A stretch of DNA of 64,000 nt from Eledone cirrhosa. Taxonomy: Eukaryota. The notes beneath the pieces are model-generated. The model was not told where the DNA came from. It searched no databases and saw only the letters and a program-made list of their open reading frames with translations. Shown here piece by piece: positions 26,884 through 40,180 of the stretch; position 1 is the first letter of the stretch; every line of letters begins with the position of its first letter. The DNA is taken from contig OZ024756.1 of NCBI GenBank assembly GCA_964016885.1, positions 9,920,001 to 9,984,000 on the forward strand, written 5' to 3'. The position numbers were made by a program, and so were the translations under genes.

Positions 26884-27035
26884 AGAACATCAATGGTAGT
26901 AGGTCAGCTTATATTCGAGGTCAATATTTAAAAAATGTTCACCAACTTCAAATTCTATATAAACAAAGTTTGGATTTTTTCCCATATCTCAGACATAAAA
27001 CAGAGGGGTCAACTTATATTCAAGTAAAAACGGTA
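26884..27035. mobile_element. Right part of a Tc1/mariner-superfamily (Tc2/pogo-like) MITE
   Basis: Ends cttatattcaagtaaaaacgg|ta, whose reverse complement resembles ctgtatatactccaatataagtc at 22592. Confidence 0.5.
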
Positions 27036-27194
27036 ATAATGTAGGTGTATATATTTACAGATGAGCTTAGTTTCCAAGCCAATAACACCTGGTTCCTTAC
27101 CTGTAAAGGTTGTCACATTCTAGTTCCCAATTAACATTTGCTCCCTTCTGGGCACGCTTTGGAACCCTAGGTTACTCAACTTTATTGCATTGAT

Positions 27195-29416
27195 CCCACA
27201 CCTGACAGTGTGTACCTCAGGCCCTTCCATCACTCCCACACCTCACAGTATGTACCTCAGGCCCTTCCATCCCTCCCACACCTCACAGTATGTACCTCAG
27301 GCCCTTCCATCACTCCCACACCTGACAGTATGTACCTCAGGCCCTTCCATCACTCCCACACCTCACAGTATGTACCTCAGGCCCTTCCATCCCTCCCAAA
27401 CCTGACAGTATGTACCTCAGGCCCTTCCATCACTCCCACACCTCACAGTATGTACCTCAGGCCCTTCCATCCCTCCCACACCTGACAGTATGTACCTCAG
27501 GCCCTTCCATCCCTCCCACACCTCACAGTATGTACCTCAGGCCCTTCCATCACTCCCACACCTCACAGTATGTACCTCAGGCCCTTCCATCACTCCCACA
27601 CCTCACAGTATGTACCTCAGGCCCTTCCATCCCTCCCACACCTCACAGTGTGTACCTCAGGCCCTTCCATCCCTCCCACACCTCACAGTATGTACCTCAG
27701 GCCCTTCCATCCCTCCCAAACCTGACAGTATGTACCTCAGGCCCTTCCATCACTCCCACACCTCACAGTGTGTACCTCAGGCCCTTCCATCCCTCCCACA
27801 CCTGACAGTATGTACCTCAGGCCCTTCCATCCCTCCCACACCTCACGGTATGTACCTCAGGCCCTTCCATCCCTCCCACACCTCACAGTATGTACCTCAG
27901 GCCCTTCCATCACTCCCACACCTCACAGTATGTACCTCAGGCCCTTCCATCACTCCCACACCTCACAGTATGTACCTCAGGCCCTTCCATCCCTCCCACA
28001 CCTCACAGTATGTACCTCAGGCCCTTTCATCACTCCCACACCTCACAGTATGTACCTCAGGCCCTTCCATCACTCCCACACCTCACAGTATGTACCTCAG
28101 GCCCTTCCATCACTCCCACACCTCACAGTATGTACCTCAGGCCCTTCCATCACTCCCACACCTCACGGTATGTACCTCAGGCCCTTTCATCACTCCCACA
28201 CCTCACAGTATATACCTCAGGCCCTTTCATCACTCCCACACCTCACAGTATATACCTCAGGCCCTTCCATCCCTCCCACACCTCACAGTATGTACCTCAG
28301 GCCCTTTCATCACTCCCACACCTCACAGTATGTACCTCAGGCCCTTTCATCACTCCCACACCTCACAGTATGTACCTCAGGCCCTTCCATCACTCCCACA
28401 CCTCACAGTATGTACCTCAGGCCCTTCCATCACTCCCACACCTCACGGTATGTACCTCAGGCCCTTCCATCACTCCCACACCTGACAGTATGTACCTCAG
28501 GCCCTTCCATCACTCCCACACCTCACAGTATGTACCTCAGGCCCTTCCATCACTCCCACACCTCACAGTATGTACCTCAGGCCCTTCCATCACTCCCACA
28601 CCTCACAGTATGTACCTCAGGCCCTTCCATCACTCCCACACCTCACAGTATGTACCTCAGGCCCTTTCATCACTCCCACACCTCACAGTATGTACCTCAG
28701 GCCCTTCCATCACTCCCACACCTCACAGTATGTACCTCAGGCCTTTCCATCCCTCCCACACGTTACAGTATGTACCTCAAGACCTTCCATCACTCCCACA
28801 CCTCACAGTATCTACCTCAGGCCCTTCCATCACTCCCACACCTCACAGTATATACCTCAGGCCCTTCCATCACTCCCACACCTCACAGTATGTACCTCAG
28901 GCCCTTCCATCACTCCCACACCTCACAGTATGTACCTCAGGCCTTTCCATCCCTCCCACACGTTACAGTATGTACCTCAAGACCTTCCATCACTCCCACA
29001 CCTCACAGTATGTACCTCAGGCCCTTCCATCACCCCCACACCTCACAGTATCTACCTCAGGCCCTTCCATCACTCCCACACCTTACAGTATATACCACAG
29101 CCCTTCCATCACTCCCACACCTCACAGTATGTACCTCAGGCCCTTCCATCACTCCCACACTTCACAGTATATACCACAGCCCTTCCATCACCCCCACACC
29201 TCACAGTATGTACCACAGGCCCTTCCATCACCCCCACACCTCACAGTATCTACCTCAGGCCCTTCCATCACTCCCACACCTTACAGTATATACCACAGCC
29301 CTTCCATCACTCCCACACCTCACAGTATGTACCTCAGGCCCTTCCATCACTCCCACACTTCACAGTATATACCACAGCCCTTCCATCACCCCCACACCTC
29401 ACAGTATGTACCACAG
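27195..29416. repeat. 40-bp minisatellite, about 55 copies
   Basis: Unit cctcacagtatgtacctcaggcccttccatcactcccaca. Confidence 0.97.
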
Positions 29417-30169
29417 ACCCATTGCTATTCTTTCCAGCATTGAATGGAGATTACAATGTATTTTTTGAAGGGTCTTTCTACCTAAGTCCTGAATGTGTGG
29501 GAAATTGACAGGGATAATGAATACAAGAACAAAACAATGGTTGGACTAAATGAAGGTCATTTCTGTGAGTGTGTGAACCTGTAATTTGTGGTGGGGATAT
29601 AGATGGCTCTGTAATTACATGGTGTGTTTTATTTTTTTAACATTTGAAAGCTGGTGGAGAGCCCCCCCCCCCCCCCCCCCTCTGGGTCTGAACAAAGTAA
29701 TATAGAGGAAGTGAGAAAGATTTATAGAGGAAGAATTGGCCCCAGTACTGGACTGGGAGGGCTTTATTTGACCTTGAAATGATGAAAGGTAAAGTTGCTG
29801 GTGGCAAGATTTGAATTCTGAGAGTTGAAATAATGCTGCAAAGTATTCTACCTGACAACTCTACCAGTTTTAAACATTCCTGTTCATTAATTATATGTCT
29901 ATAATCACCAGTCATTCAGGTATATTTACCTGTTTTATACAACCCTCAACATTGTTTCTACAATCTTTACATCTCTTGTTTTACAAATGTCCACTCCATC
30001 GTATGTCTTTTTTTTGTCAGACTTAGTTTATCTTGGATCAAAATATATAATTAATGTATCCTTCCTTTTAATCCTTTAGTTACTAATCCGGTCCAAACCA
30101 GTTCTGGTTCTATGAAATAGAACCTCCCATTTTCAAGGATTCCAATTTAAATTAAAATCTTGCTACATC

Positions 30170-30520
30170 ATTATCTATAAAAGGCAGATTGTTGTTGTGT
30201 GTGTGTGTGTGTGTGTGCATGTTCCATGTTTATACATTTGCGCAATTTCAAACCGATTCGACTCAAAGTCTTAAGAATGTTGTAAATGGTCTAACTTAGG
30301 TCAACAACTATTTATTTCATTCACACTAACCCACAATTACGGAAATAATCGATAAAACTAAATACATGACGCTTTACCCCTCTAATACAATCAGATTCCC
30401 TCTTTCTACTCACCTTAAACTTTAAGAGAGAGAGAGTGAGAGGGAGAGAAAGAGAGAGAACGTTTGTTTTTGAATGTGGAACGGTCAAACATTTATTTAC
30501 TTCAATGACAAAGAGAACTT
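30170..30520 (+). mobile_element. Possible Helitron/Helentron-type non-autonomous element 5' part
   Basis: tatctataaaaggcag followed by (TG)n and aaaccgattcgac resembles DINE-like architecture; weak. Confidence 0.3.
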
Positions 30521-30529
30521 ATTACATTT

Positions 30530-31055
30530 CAGTTTTTTCTGGGTCTGCCTACTCCGTAGCTACCGTCTATTTTGATCGCCCTGCATTTTTTTATACAGCT
30601 GTCATCTTTCATGCGCATCACGTGACCATACCAACGTAGTCTTCTCTCGAGTAAACAGCACCTGATCCCTCTTATTCCTAATTTCTCACTTAGTTCATTT
30701 ATGCTTTGCCGTTCACGTATATTACTATTACACATCCAGCGGAGCATGCAAGCTTCGTTCCTCTCTAGTCTGCGTATATCCTCTGCACACAATGCCCAGG
30801 TCTCACTGCCATGCAACATTGCTGTTCGTATGCAGGCATCATGCAGCCTGCCTTTCATTTTTAGGGAGAACCCTTTAGCGGCTAATAGTGGTATAAGCTC
30901 TCTGAACTTTTTCCATCCAGTTCTGACTCTAGCTACAGTACTTTCAGAGCACCCTCCCCCACTGCTGATTTTGTCACCCAGGTAACGGAAGCTGTCCACT
31001 ATTTCTATAGAACCCTCTGCGCAATTGAAAGAGCTAGTATCCTGTGGGCACTTGC
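30530..31055 (-). mobile_element. RTE LINE family B, ORF C-terminal fragment
   Basis: ORF 30529-31182(-): IEIVDSFRYLGD...MLHGSETW...RLRWYGHVMRM...GRPRK. Confidence 0.9.
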
Positions 31056-31092
31056 TACTACTTATTGTATATATATATATTGTATATATATA

Positions 31093-32817
31093 TGTTGTTA
31101 TTATCCCGAAAGTAACGTTTTGGCCCCGATAGCCCTCCGTAGTTACTAACGGTCTGTGTACACTTGAATCGGGCAATGGCACGTGCGGACATGATTATCT
31201 CCGTAGGATTTCAATTTGATTTATTTTACTGCATCTCATCGTATGTATTTATTTTGAATGTATTATCTGTGGTGGTGGGTCTTGCCTAATGTGGTATTTC
31301 TGTGTTTAATATCAGCTTTGACCCGGGTGTCCTACGCTGTGTGTGTGTGCGTGTGTGTCTGTGTATACATTTATATGTGTATGGGTGTAGGTGGTTGTAT
31401 ATGTCTGTATATAAAAATATATATATATGTATACCGTCTCTGCATATGCATATGGTGTGTATATGTGCATATACGTGCTGAACATATTGGTGTGTATAAT
31501 CTTGAGATGTCCCAATGCGGTGACTTCATGATATTGGCTCTTGAAGCTATTTTTTATATATCTTTTATTTTTTATATATCTTTTGTATGCGCTGTTGAGT
31601 ATGCATACTAACCCGCCTGACCCAACTGTGTCTGCTTGCTTTCGGCTAGCCCGCCTGCACCTGCTTGCTTTCGGCCCACCTGTCTGCCTCTTGCTGCTGC
31701 ACGTGAATTCTCCTACCTTCCTTCGATGTACCTCTGTTGACCATTGGACTCCTGCCCGGGTGTGAACCGGTTTGTGATTACCCCACCGCTCAACTGTGTG
31801 AATGCACACCCGTGACTTTCGAGTGAACTTTTGAGACTGCCCAACCTGGGACGTCTCCATTGCATTGCAATGGTCAAGTGATACTGATAACTGTGACACT
31901 TAGTGCCTTCGTGGGCCCCTGATATATTCAAGAAATATATTCTAAAAAAATATATATCTTATCTCAATTTACTTTATTTTATTTTATTTTATTTTATTTC
32001 ATTTCATTTTATTTAATTTTATTTATTTAATTTTATTTATTTAATTATATCTTATATTATATAATTTTATTTTAGTTTATTTTATTTTATTTTATTTTAT
32101 TTTATTTTATTTTATTTATCTTATTTTATTATTATATTATATTATATTCTATTTTATATAATTTTAATTTTAATTTTATATTATTTTATTCTATTTTATT
32201 TCATTCCTTACCCTGTATCACTATTATCTATATATTTTATATTTTATATGTATGTTTTTTTATACTTTCTTATATATATTATAAGTCTATTTTTTACCTA
32301 TTTTTCACCTATTTTTTATCTACTCTTACCTAATCCTATCTATCTTATCTATTCTTGTCTGTTCTCTTATCCATGTGTATGCTTGTATGTAACTATATGT
32401 TGACAGCACCCCGCCCAACTGTGACTGATAGCACCCCTTATTTTTCAATTATTTTTCATTGTTTATTTTTCAATGTTTATTTTTATTTTTATTTTTATTT
32501 TTATTTTTATTTTTATTTTTATTTTTATTTTTATTTTTACTTCCTCTTTTATCTTTTATTGTTTTTCATTCTTTATTTCTTCAATGTCTTGGATTTGTTA
32601 TTGCTTGTGTGGTATGTAATTAACCTTTATGCTCTGATGAGTCCCACTTATAGTGCGGATGAAACAATGTTAGCAAGTAAAGATATGCATATGCTATAGG
32701 CGTTCTTTGTTATTGATTATATCACGGCTCTGTCCTCAGACATCGAGCTAACCTTATACTGCCTGTTGGATAAGTGGAGTATTATACACCCCTGATCCTC
32801 TCCCTAGTATACTATTG
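31093..32817 (+). mobile_element. About 1.7-kb non-coding, hammerhead-bearing insert in (TA)n (PLE pLTR or non-autonomous PLE)
   Basis: Bounded by TA tracts; hammerhead about 140 bp from the right end; no credible ORF. Confidence 0.5.
32630..32675 (+). ncRNA. Minimal type-I hammerhead ribozyme motif
   Basis: tgct CTGATGA gtcc cact tat agtg c ggat GAA ac aat gt T agca; GUU site. Confidence 0.75.
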
Positions 32818-32878
32818 TATATATATATGTATGTATATATATATATATATATGTATGTATATATATATATATATATAT

Positions 32879-33620
32879 TGTTTACTCGAGAGAAGGCTAC
32901 GTTGGTACGGTCACGTGATGCGCATGAAAGACGACAGCTGTATAACAAAGTGCAGGGCAATAAAGATAGACGGTAGCCACGGAGTAGGCAGACCCAGAAA
33001 AACATGGGACGAGCTGATAAATTCCGACCTCACACGCTAACACCTCTCCAAGACAATGTCACTGGACCGAGACCTTTGGCGGTACTCAGTAATAGAGAAG
33101 ACCCGCCTTACCTAAATACAAAGTAAAAACCTACTACAGTCAGTAGGCATCTCTATCAAAACACCCCCCCGTCCCACCACCTCCACTCCAGCCACACCGC
33201 CCCTTTCAATGTAAAGTTATGTTGGTCCCACAACATCCAGGCCGAAACAAATGAGATCGTGTAGGTGTCACGATAAAAAAACACACAGTCCACGCTGTAA
33301 ATGTGGCCGTGTAGGCAACACGGTAAAAACCTCCCAGCCCCACACTGTAAATGTGGTTGGTGTTAGGAAGGGCATCCAGCTGTAGAAAACCCGCCAGACA
33401 GTCCACGCTGTAATGTGGCCGTGTAGGCAACACGGTAAAAACCTCCCAGCCCCACACTGTAAATGTGGTTGGTGTTAGGAAGGGCATCCAACTGTAGAAA
33501 ACTCGCCAGACAGTCCTATGCGAGCAAGACAACCACTCTTGCCTCAAGTGGGAAAACCCCCATCCAAACCCATGCAAGCGTGGAACACGGACGCTAAACC
33601 TGATGATGATGATGATGATA
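32879..33620 (+). mobile_element. RTE family B 3' end with long 3' UTR (internal duplication) and (GAT)n tail
   Basis: CLLERRLRWYGHVMRM...GRPRKTW; UTR has two cacactgtaaatgtggttggtgttaggaagggcatcc modules. Confidence 0.88.
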
Positions 33621-33632
33621 TATGTATGTATG

Positions 33633-33671
<39 letters not shown>

Positions 33672-34998
33672 ATATATATTTATATGTATGTATATATATA
33701 TGTATGTATGTATATATATATATGTATGTATATATATATATGTATGTATATATATATATGTATGTATATATATATATATATGTATGTATGTATATATGTA
33801 TATATATATTGAAACTCCTTTAAGAAAAATTTTTATATTGAAAAACTTACGGAAGGTTTTAGGAAAAATCTTTTGAAAATTCCTTTGAAAGATATAGAAA
33901 AACCATTATTTTCATACCTTCCAATATTTTTATATTTTTAATATCTCCAAACGTTTTTAATATATATATCTAAATGTTTATATATATGTGGAAAAACATA
34001 TGATTTTTATATATAGGTTTTTTTTGTATATATGTGGAATAGCCTATGGTTTTATGCTTTAAATATATTCTTAAGATAAATTTTTTTAATGTTTTAATTT
34101 TAATGTTAATGTTTTAACTTTTTAGCAAGTAAATTTATGACTTTGTATAAAATAACATATGGTTCATGTTTTAATTATATTCTTAAGATAAAAAAATGTT
34201 TAACTTTTTAACTTTATAACATTTAATCCTTAGAGTCATCTGAGTTCTTAAAAAAATCACTTCTAACTTCCTTTACACTTCCTTACTGGTTTTATAATAT
34301 AACTCTCGTAAATTTTTCATAAATTTTGAATTATTTGGATGTTTAAATTTTGACTTACAACTTTTAATAAAATAAACTATATTAGTTTTGCTCTAATGTA
34401 AAATACTCTATATTTATTTATATAATTTATAATCCTTAACATTTAAACTAATTATTAATATTAAATTATTAAATTAAATCTTTAATATTAAGGTAAATTT
34501 TAATCTTTAATTTTGATTTCTAATTTTTAATTTTAATTTAATTTTAATCTAATTTTTCAACCTATGTATTTTCAACCATATGTATTATAATCAAAACGTA
34601 ATGAATCCTGCATTATAAATATTATTCTTCCACGTTATTATCATTTCTTCTCTCTTTTAGATATACTTACGCTGTCTATATTTATCTCTTCATGCACTCT
34701 ATTTTCACTCTCAATATATATAATCGTTCTTTCTTTCCTCTTCTATCTTTCTCCTTTCTTTTTTTCTTTTTTCTATTTTTTCTCTCTCCCTTACATATCA
34801 TCTTCTTCCAACAGTTTAATTTAAATAAACCGTTATCTTTTCAATCTTTCGGACACTCATTTGCATACTCACTCATAATTTTGTATCACCCTCAATAAAT
34901 GTACTATCTCCACTATCCAGGAAGCTCCAACTGTTAAGGTTGTCTTTTTTTTTTTTTTTTTTCTGGGTATGTCAATATTTATTTATAAAACAAATCTG

Positions 34999-35064
34999 TA
35001 TTTTATCTGATGAAAGCACACCATAATTTGCCTTGGTTGCCCTTGAAATATGAATAATAAAATA
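34999..35064 (+). ncRNA. Minimal type-I hammerhead ribozyme motif at the end of an AT-rich PLE-like pLTR (about 33810-35180)
   Basis: tattttat CTGATGA aag...ctt GAA at atga at A ataaaata; perfect 8-bp stem I. Confidence 0.8.
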
Positions 35065-35188
35065 AATATGGTTTTCTAAATATAGTTTCTATTTATTAAT
35101 ATATTGTACATTTACTCCACTAAACTGTTGAGTGCTTTATATCAGTTATAAATTTTTTTAAATTAAATATAACCTCTGCATATATATG

Positions 35189-35239
<51 letters not shown>

Positions 35240-35286
35240 GTGTATATATATATATGTATATATATATGTATATGTATATATATATG

Positions 35287-35345
<59 letters not shown>

Positions 35346-35688
35346 TCATTCAATCATTCATTTCATTTTACATCCGCTTTTCCCTGCTTGCAAGGGTAGG
35401 ACAGGAACTGATTCTGGCTTGATTTCTACAGCTGGATGCCCTTCCTAACACCAACCTCATTTACAGTGAGTGCTGGGTGCTTTTTTCCCGTGGCACCTCC
35501 ATGACCACTTTGCAGTGGAATAATAGGAACCCCAGTCCCTATCATCTCATTTCTACAGCTGAGTAAACTGGAGCAATGTGAAATAAAGTGTCTTGCTCAA
35601 GGAAACAACACATCACCCGGGCTGAGAATTGAACTCACAACCTTACGATTGCGAGGCCAATGCTCTAACCACTAAGCCATGTGCCTCC
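35346..35688 (-). mobile_element. SINE family A
   Basis: Near-identical to 7805-8146. Confidence 0.9.
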
Positions 35689-35691
35689 ATT

Positions 35692-35724
<33 letters not shown>

Positions 35725-35805
35725 GTGTGTGTATATATATATGTGTATCATCATCATCATCATCATCATCTTCGTTTAACGTCCATTTTCCACGCTAGCA
35801 TGGGT

Positions 35806-35844
<39 letters not shown>

Positions 35845-35872
35845 ATATATATATGTATATATATATATATAA

Positions 35873-35922
35873 TCCTTATCGAGCCCTCTTCAGATTTTGG
35901 TCTTCATAATTATTATTACTAT
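35873..35922 (+). mobile_element. Solo 3' tail of the main PLE family
   Basis: tccttatcgagccctcttcagattttggtcttcataattattattacta matches 45462-45512 and 41662-41712. Confidence 0.75.
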
Positions 35923-35924
35923 AT

Positions 35925-36660
35925 ATGTGTCCATATACATTATATATATATATGTATTTGTGTGTATATTATATATATATATTTGTGTGTACATTATATG
36001 TAATATATATATATATATATATTTGTGTGTATATTATATATAATATATATATATTTGTGTGTATATTATATATAATATATATATATATATATTTGTGTGT
36101 ATATTATATATAATATATATATTTGTGTGTATATTATATATAATATATATATATATATATATGTGTGTATATTATATATAATATATATATATATTTGTGT
36201 GTATATTATATATAATATATATATATATATATTTGTGTGTATATTATATATAATACATATATATATATATATATTTGTGTGTATATTATATATAATATAT
36301 ATATATATATTTGTGTGTATATTATATATAATATATATATTTGTGTGTATATTATATATATATATATATATATATATTTGTGTGTATATTATATATAATA
36401 TATATATATATATATATGTGTGTATATTATATATAATATATATATATATTTGTGTGTATATTATATATAATATATATATATATATATATTTGTGTGTATA
36501 TTATATATAATATATATATTTGTGTGTATATTATATATATATATATATATATATATTTGTGTGTATATTATATATAATATATATATATATATTTGTGTGT
36601 ATATTATATATAATATATATATATATATTTGTGTATATATTATATATAATATATATATGT
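35925..36660. repeat. Degenerate AT-rich minisatellite (atttgtgtgtatattatatataat(at)n)
   Basis: Directly visible. Confidence 0.9.
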
Positions 36661-36987
36661 ATAGATAGATGAAGAGCTAGATAAACAGACTGTCAGACAA
36701 ATTTACCACCACCACTACCACCATCATAAAGCTACTATTTCATACATATAAATATATATAAATATATATACATTCCAAATTTTACTCCCTCTGCACCTCC
36801 CCCAGCCATCTTGGATGTCTGCCTCTCTCCCCCTTCTAAAATCAACATTCCCTGCATGCAATATGTTATGAGCCCTGTTGCTGTCCCCTATATATTTTCC
36901 TATACCTCCCCAGACACACTTTTTCTCTCTCACTCCCTCTCATCACTTCTCCCTTCTCCTTCCTCACCCTCTCAATACATATTAGTG

Positions 36988-37077
<90 letters not shown>

Positions 37078-37246
37078 GTATGGGGTTAACCCAACAAGGA
37101 TGTGTGGACCACATTATGGTCTGTCAGTTGTGAAGCAGATAAAAGGAAGTTCTCAACAAACTGTATAAATGGTGCAAGTCCAAGGATTATATATAAATAA
37201 AAGACCAGAGAAGCCATATTCAGTTGATTCAGGTTTATTTAAAACT

Positions 37247-37304
37247 CCATTATACAAATTTCGCTGAGGACTATCAGTTATGATGGCCTGACTTCTTCAG
37301 GTGG
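37247..37304 (-). ncRNA. Degenerate hammerhead motif
   Basis: Minus strand: ccac CTGAAGA [imperfect stem II] GAA at ttgt at A atgg; one stem-I mismatch. Confidence 0.5.
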
Positions 37305-37520
37305 CAAGACCTATAAAACAATGAAGGTTTATGAAAAACCTTTAAGTTTGGAGAGATCCAATAACTTCTTTGAGAAGCCAGATGCGTGATGTTCTTTGAC
37401 GGCTGGCCCCTGTATCAAGAAAAGAAAATCTTTCTCGTAGTTACACTATAACATACCACACTACACTACACTGCCCCCACTCTCTTTATATTTATATATA
37501 TATGTATGTGTGTGTGTGTG

Positions 37521-37557
<37 letters not shown>

Positions 37558-37584
37558 TTATACATGTACATGTATATATATATG

Positions 37585-37619
<35 letters not shown>

Positions 37620-37665
37620 GTATATATATATGTATATGTATATATATGTATATATGTATGTATAT

Positions 37666-38410
37666 GAAGCTGGGTAAAAGGAGATTTCCTCCTGAAAGCC
37701 ACATCACTTGAGGACCTGGAAATAATGAGGTGCATTTTCATTGAATATCTGCTCATTAGTGGACAAACGAGATATGCGGAGGGAGATGTTATTAACCAGG
37801 TTATTGGTGATGTTTCTAGGATGGTTAGAGCGGCGGTGGATGTAGTAAAGGTTGTCATTTGGTTTCCTGTATGGGTAGTATAGATCATTTTCGAGCTTGA
37901 GGGTAACGTTCAGGAAATTGACTCTGGTTAGGGACGTCTGTAGGGGGATTTTAAATCCCCAGTCCCGGAAGAAGTTGATTAGGTGTTTACGGACCTGGTC
38001 TGTACTACTGGGGTTGTACCCTTTGAAGATAAGGAGCCCATCATCGTGGTACAACCCACCACCGAATGCAGGAAACATTTTGGTGAGTTTTATAGTAGGA
38101 ATAATCCTATATGATCGGTCACCTCAGCCGAGTCGGTCGCGCCCTTACTGACGTCGAAGGGGGAGTCGGGAGCTCTCTTTATCCACTTGGAGTTGTCGAA
38201 GAGGAGGACTGTCTTCCTGGCATGGAAAATGATGTTTCTTTCCTGGTCGGTGATGGGTGTGAGTGTTTTGGCAAAGTCCAAAGTGGCCATAGGGAGCGGT
38301 AGGGTAATAGAGGCGTAATAGCTCTCTATGTCGGACTGGATGAATTTGGTGTCCCATTTGTTCTCAATATTCCTGAACTATGAGATGTCTTCCTGGGTGC
38401 TGACCCAAAG
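37666..38410 (-). mobile_element. Penelope-like RT fragment
   Basis: FDVSKGATDSAEVTD, GLYHDDGL, VNFLNVTLKL, YPYRKPND...SNHPRNI...ISLRISRLS in ORFs 38090-38290 and 37704-38078. Confidence 0.9.
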
Positions 38411-39282
38411 GCTAAGTCTCATGTTTTGCTTGACTTTTGGTATAACGCATTATACCAAAAGTCAAGCAAAACGCGAGTAGGTGAGTGGCTGCATGATTTC
38501 TTAAAAGACAGAAGCCAGACAGTTGCAGCCAATGGGGCCCTCTCAAAAGAAACATAAATAACAAGCCCCAGAGCATAATCTTGGGACCACTACTGTTTTT
38601 ACATACCCTTTGTAGTACATACAATATTCCTCACTAGCTATGTTGATGACACAAAGGTAGCACAAACAATCAAAAACCTGGCTGATGCTGCCCTTTTACA
38701 ACATGTGGTGACCCCATAGTATCAAACAAACCACGGAGCTTGAGGCAATCCAACGAAGCTACACCAAGAGGATTGCCACAATAAAGGAGATGAGCTACTG
38801 GGAGAGGCTAAAAGAACTGAACCTCTACTCCTTGGAACGAAGATGGGAGAGATACGCAGTGATCTACATGTGGAAAATCCTGGAGGGACTAGCACCAAAC
38901 TTTGGCATTGAGAGTTGGACCAACCCCCGAACAGGACGTCATTGTGTGGTGCCAAAGCTCCCGTCTTCCACATCTAGAATAAGGAGCAGATATTGCAATA
39001 GTCTGGGGTTCAAAGGCCCTCAACTCTTCAACAAGCTGCCGAGGGATTTGAGAGATCTACATGGTGTGGATGTGGATGTTTTCAAGAAACATCTCTACAC
39101 CTTGTTAGCCAGGATTCCAGATGAGCCCACAGCATGGTACGAAGGCAACCTACGGGCAGCAGCAATGTACTCCTTTTTACACCAATGGCCAGCCAACACA
39201 GGCTGGAGATAGAATGTGTAGCAACAAGGGTGGTGCCCCAGCATGGCCTCAGCTGGATGACTGGAACAGGTAAAAGAGTAAT
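38411..39282 (+). mobile_element. CR1-clade LINE 3' fragment
   Basis: YVDDTK at about 38639; SYWERLKELNLYSLERRWERYAVIYMWKIL...GPQLFNKLP. Confidence 0.85.
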
Positions 39283-39470
39283 ATATATATATATAACTAC
39301 ATAATCGGAGAAAGCTAATAGCGATACTCTGGCCAAATTTCAACTCACTCTACAAACATTAGGAAATACCTGAGTACATTCCCAATTAAACGTTTGGGGT
39401 GCTAACTATATTGTATTGTGTGGATAATTGGCTGTATTATTTCATATGAGATATATCAAATATATCATTT

Positions 39471-39593
39471 CCCAGACGACTCGTTTCATTATAAGATTTC
39501 TACAAGTTGGGTGAAATTATACCAAGTTATGTAGAAGCTTGTATAAGATCAACAGATACTTATTCAAGTGGGCTCTTATAAATCTTCAGTGGG
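39471..39593 (-). ncRNA. Type-I hammerhead motif with long branched stem II, within a PLE-like terminus (about 39295-39622)
   Basis: Minus strand: ccca CTGAAGA tttataaga...tcttataat GAA acg agt cgt C tggg; GUC site. Confidence 0.75.
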
Positions 39594-39622
39594 TAACCCA
39601 ATAATATTAATATTGATAACCA

Positions 39623-40180
39623 AAGGACGGGTTGGAAGAAGTTTAGGGAGCTGCTTCCTCTGTTGATGAAGAAGGGTTTCTCCCTGCGTACGAAAGGCCG
39701 GTTGTATGATGCCTGTGTGAGGAGCGCGATGCTGCATGGTAGTGAGACATGGGCAGCAACTGCAGAGGATATGCGACGGCTGGAGAGAAATGAGGCAAGC
39801 ATGCTCCATTGGATGTGCAATGTAAATGTGCGTGAACGACCCAGCATAAATGTGTTGAGAGAGAAACTGTGTCTGAGAGGGATAGAATGTAGTATACGGG
39901 AGAGGCGACTGAGGTGGTATGGACATGTGATGCGCATGGAGGATGACCAATGGGTGAAGAAGTGCCAGGAATTGCCAGTTGAAGGAAGACGTGGTAGAGG
40001 TAGACCACGAAAAACATGGGTGGAGGTGATGAGGACAGACCTCAGATCATTGAAACTCACGGTGGAGATGACGAAGGACCGTAACGAGTGGAGAGATGCT
40101 GTGCTGAATAAGACCCATCCCACCCTTGCAAGCAGGGAAAAGCGGACGTAAAATGATGATGATGATGATGATGATGATGA
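39623..40180 (+). mobile_element. RTE family A 3' fragment
   Basis: ORF 39663-40151 with MLHGSETW and RLRWYGHVMR; (GAT)n tail. Confidence 0.93.

Noticed and set aside
27095-27170. Minus-strand exon ending in AG|GTAAGG
   Set aside because: Poor acceptor and no recognisable peptide
30530-33010. Single twin-primed RTE-B split by an insert
   Set aside because: The overlapping about 125 bp differ at roughly nine positions, favouring two independent copies
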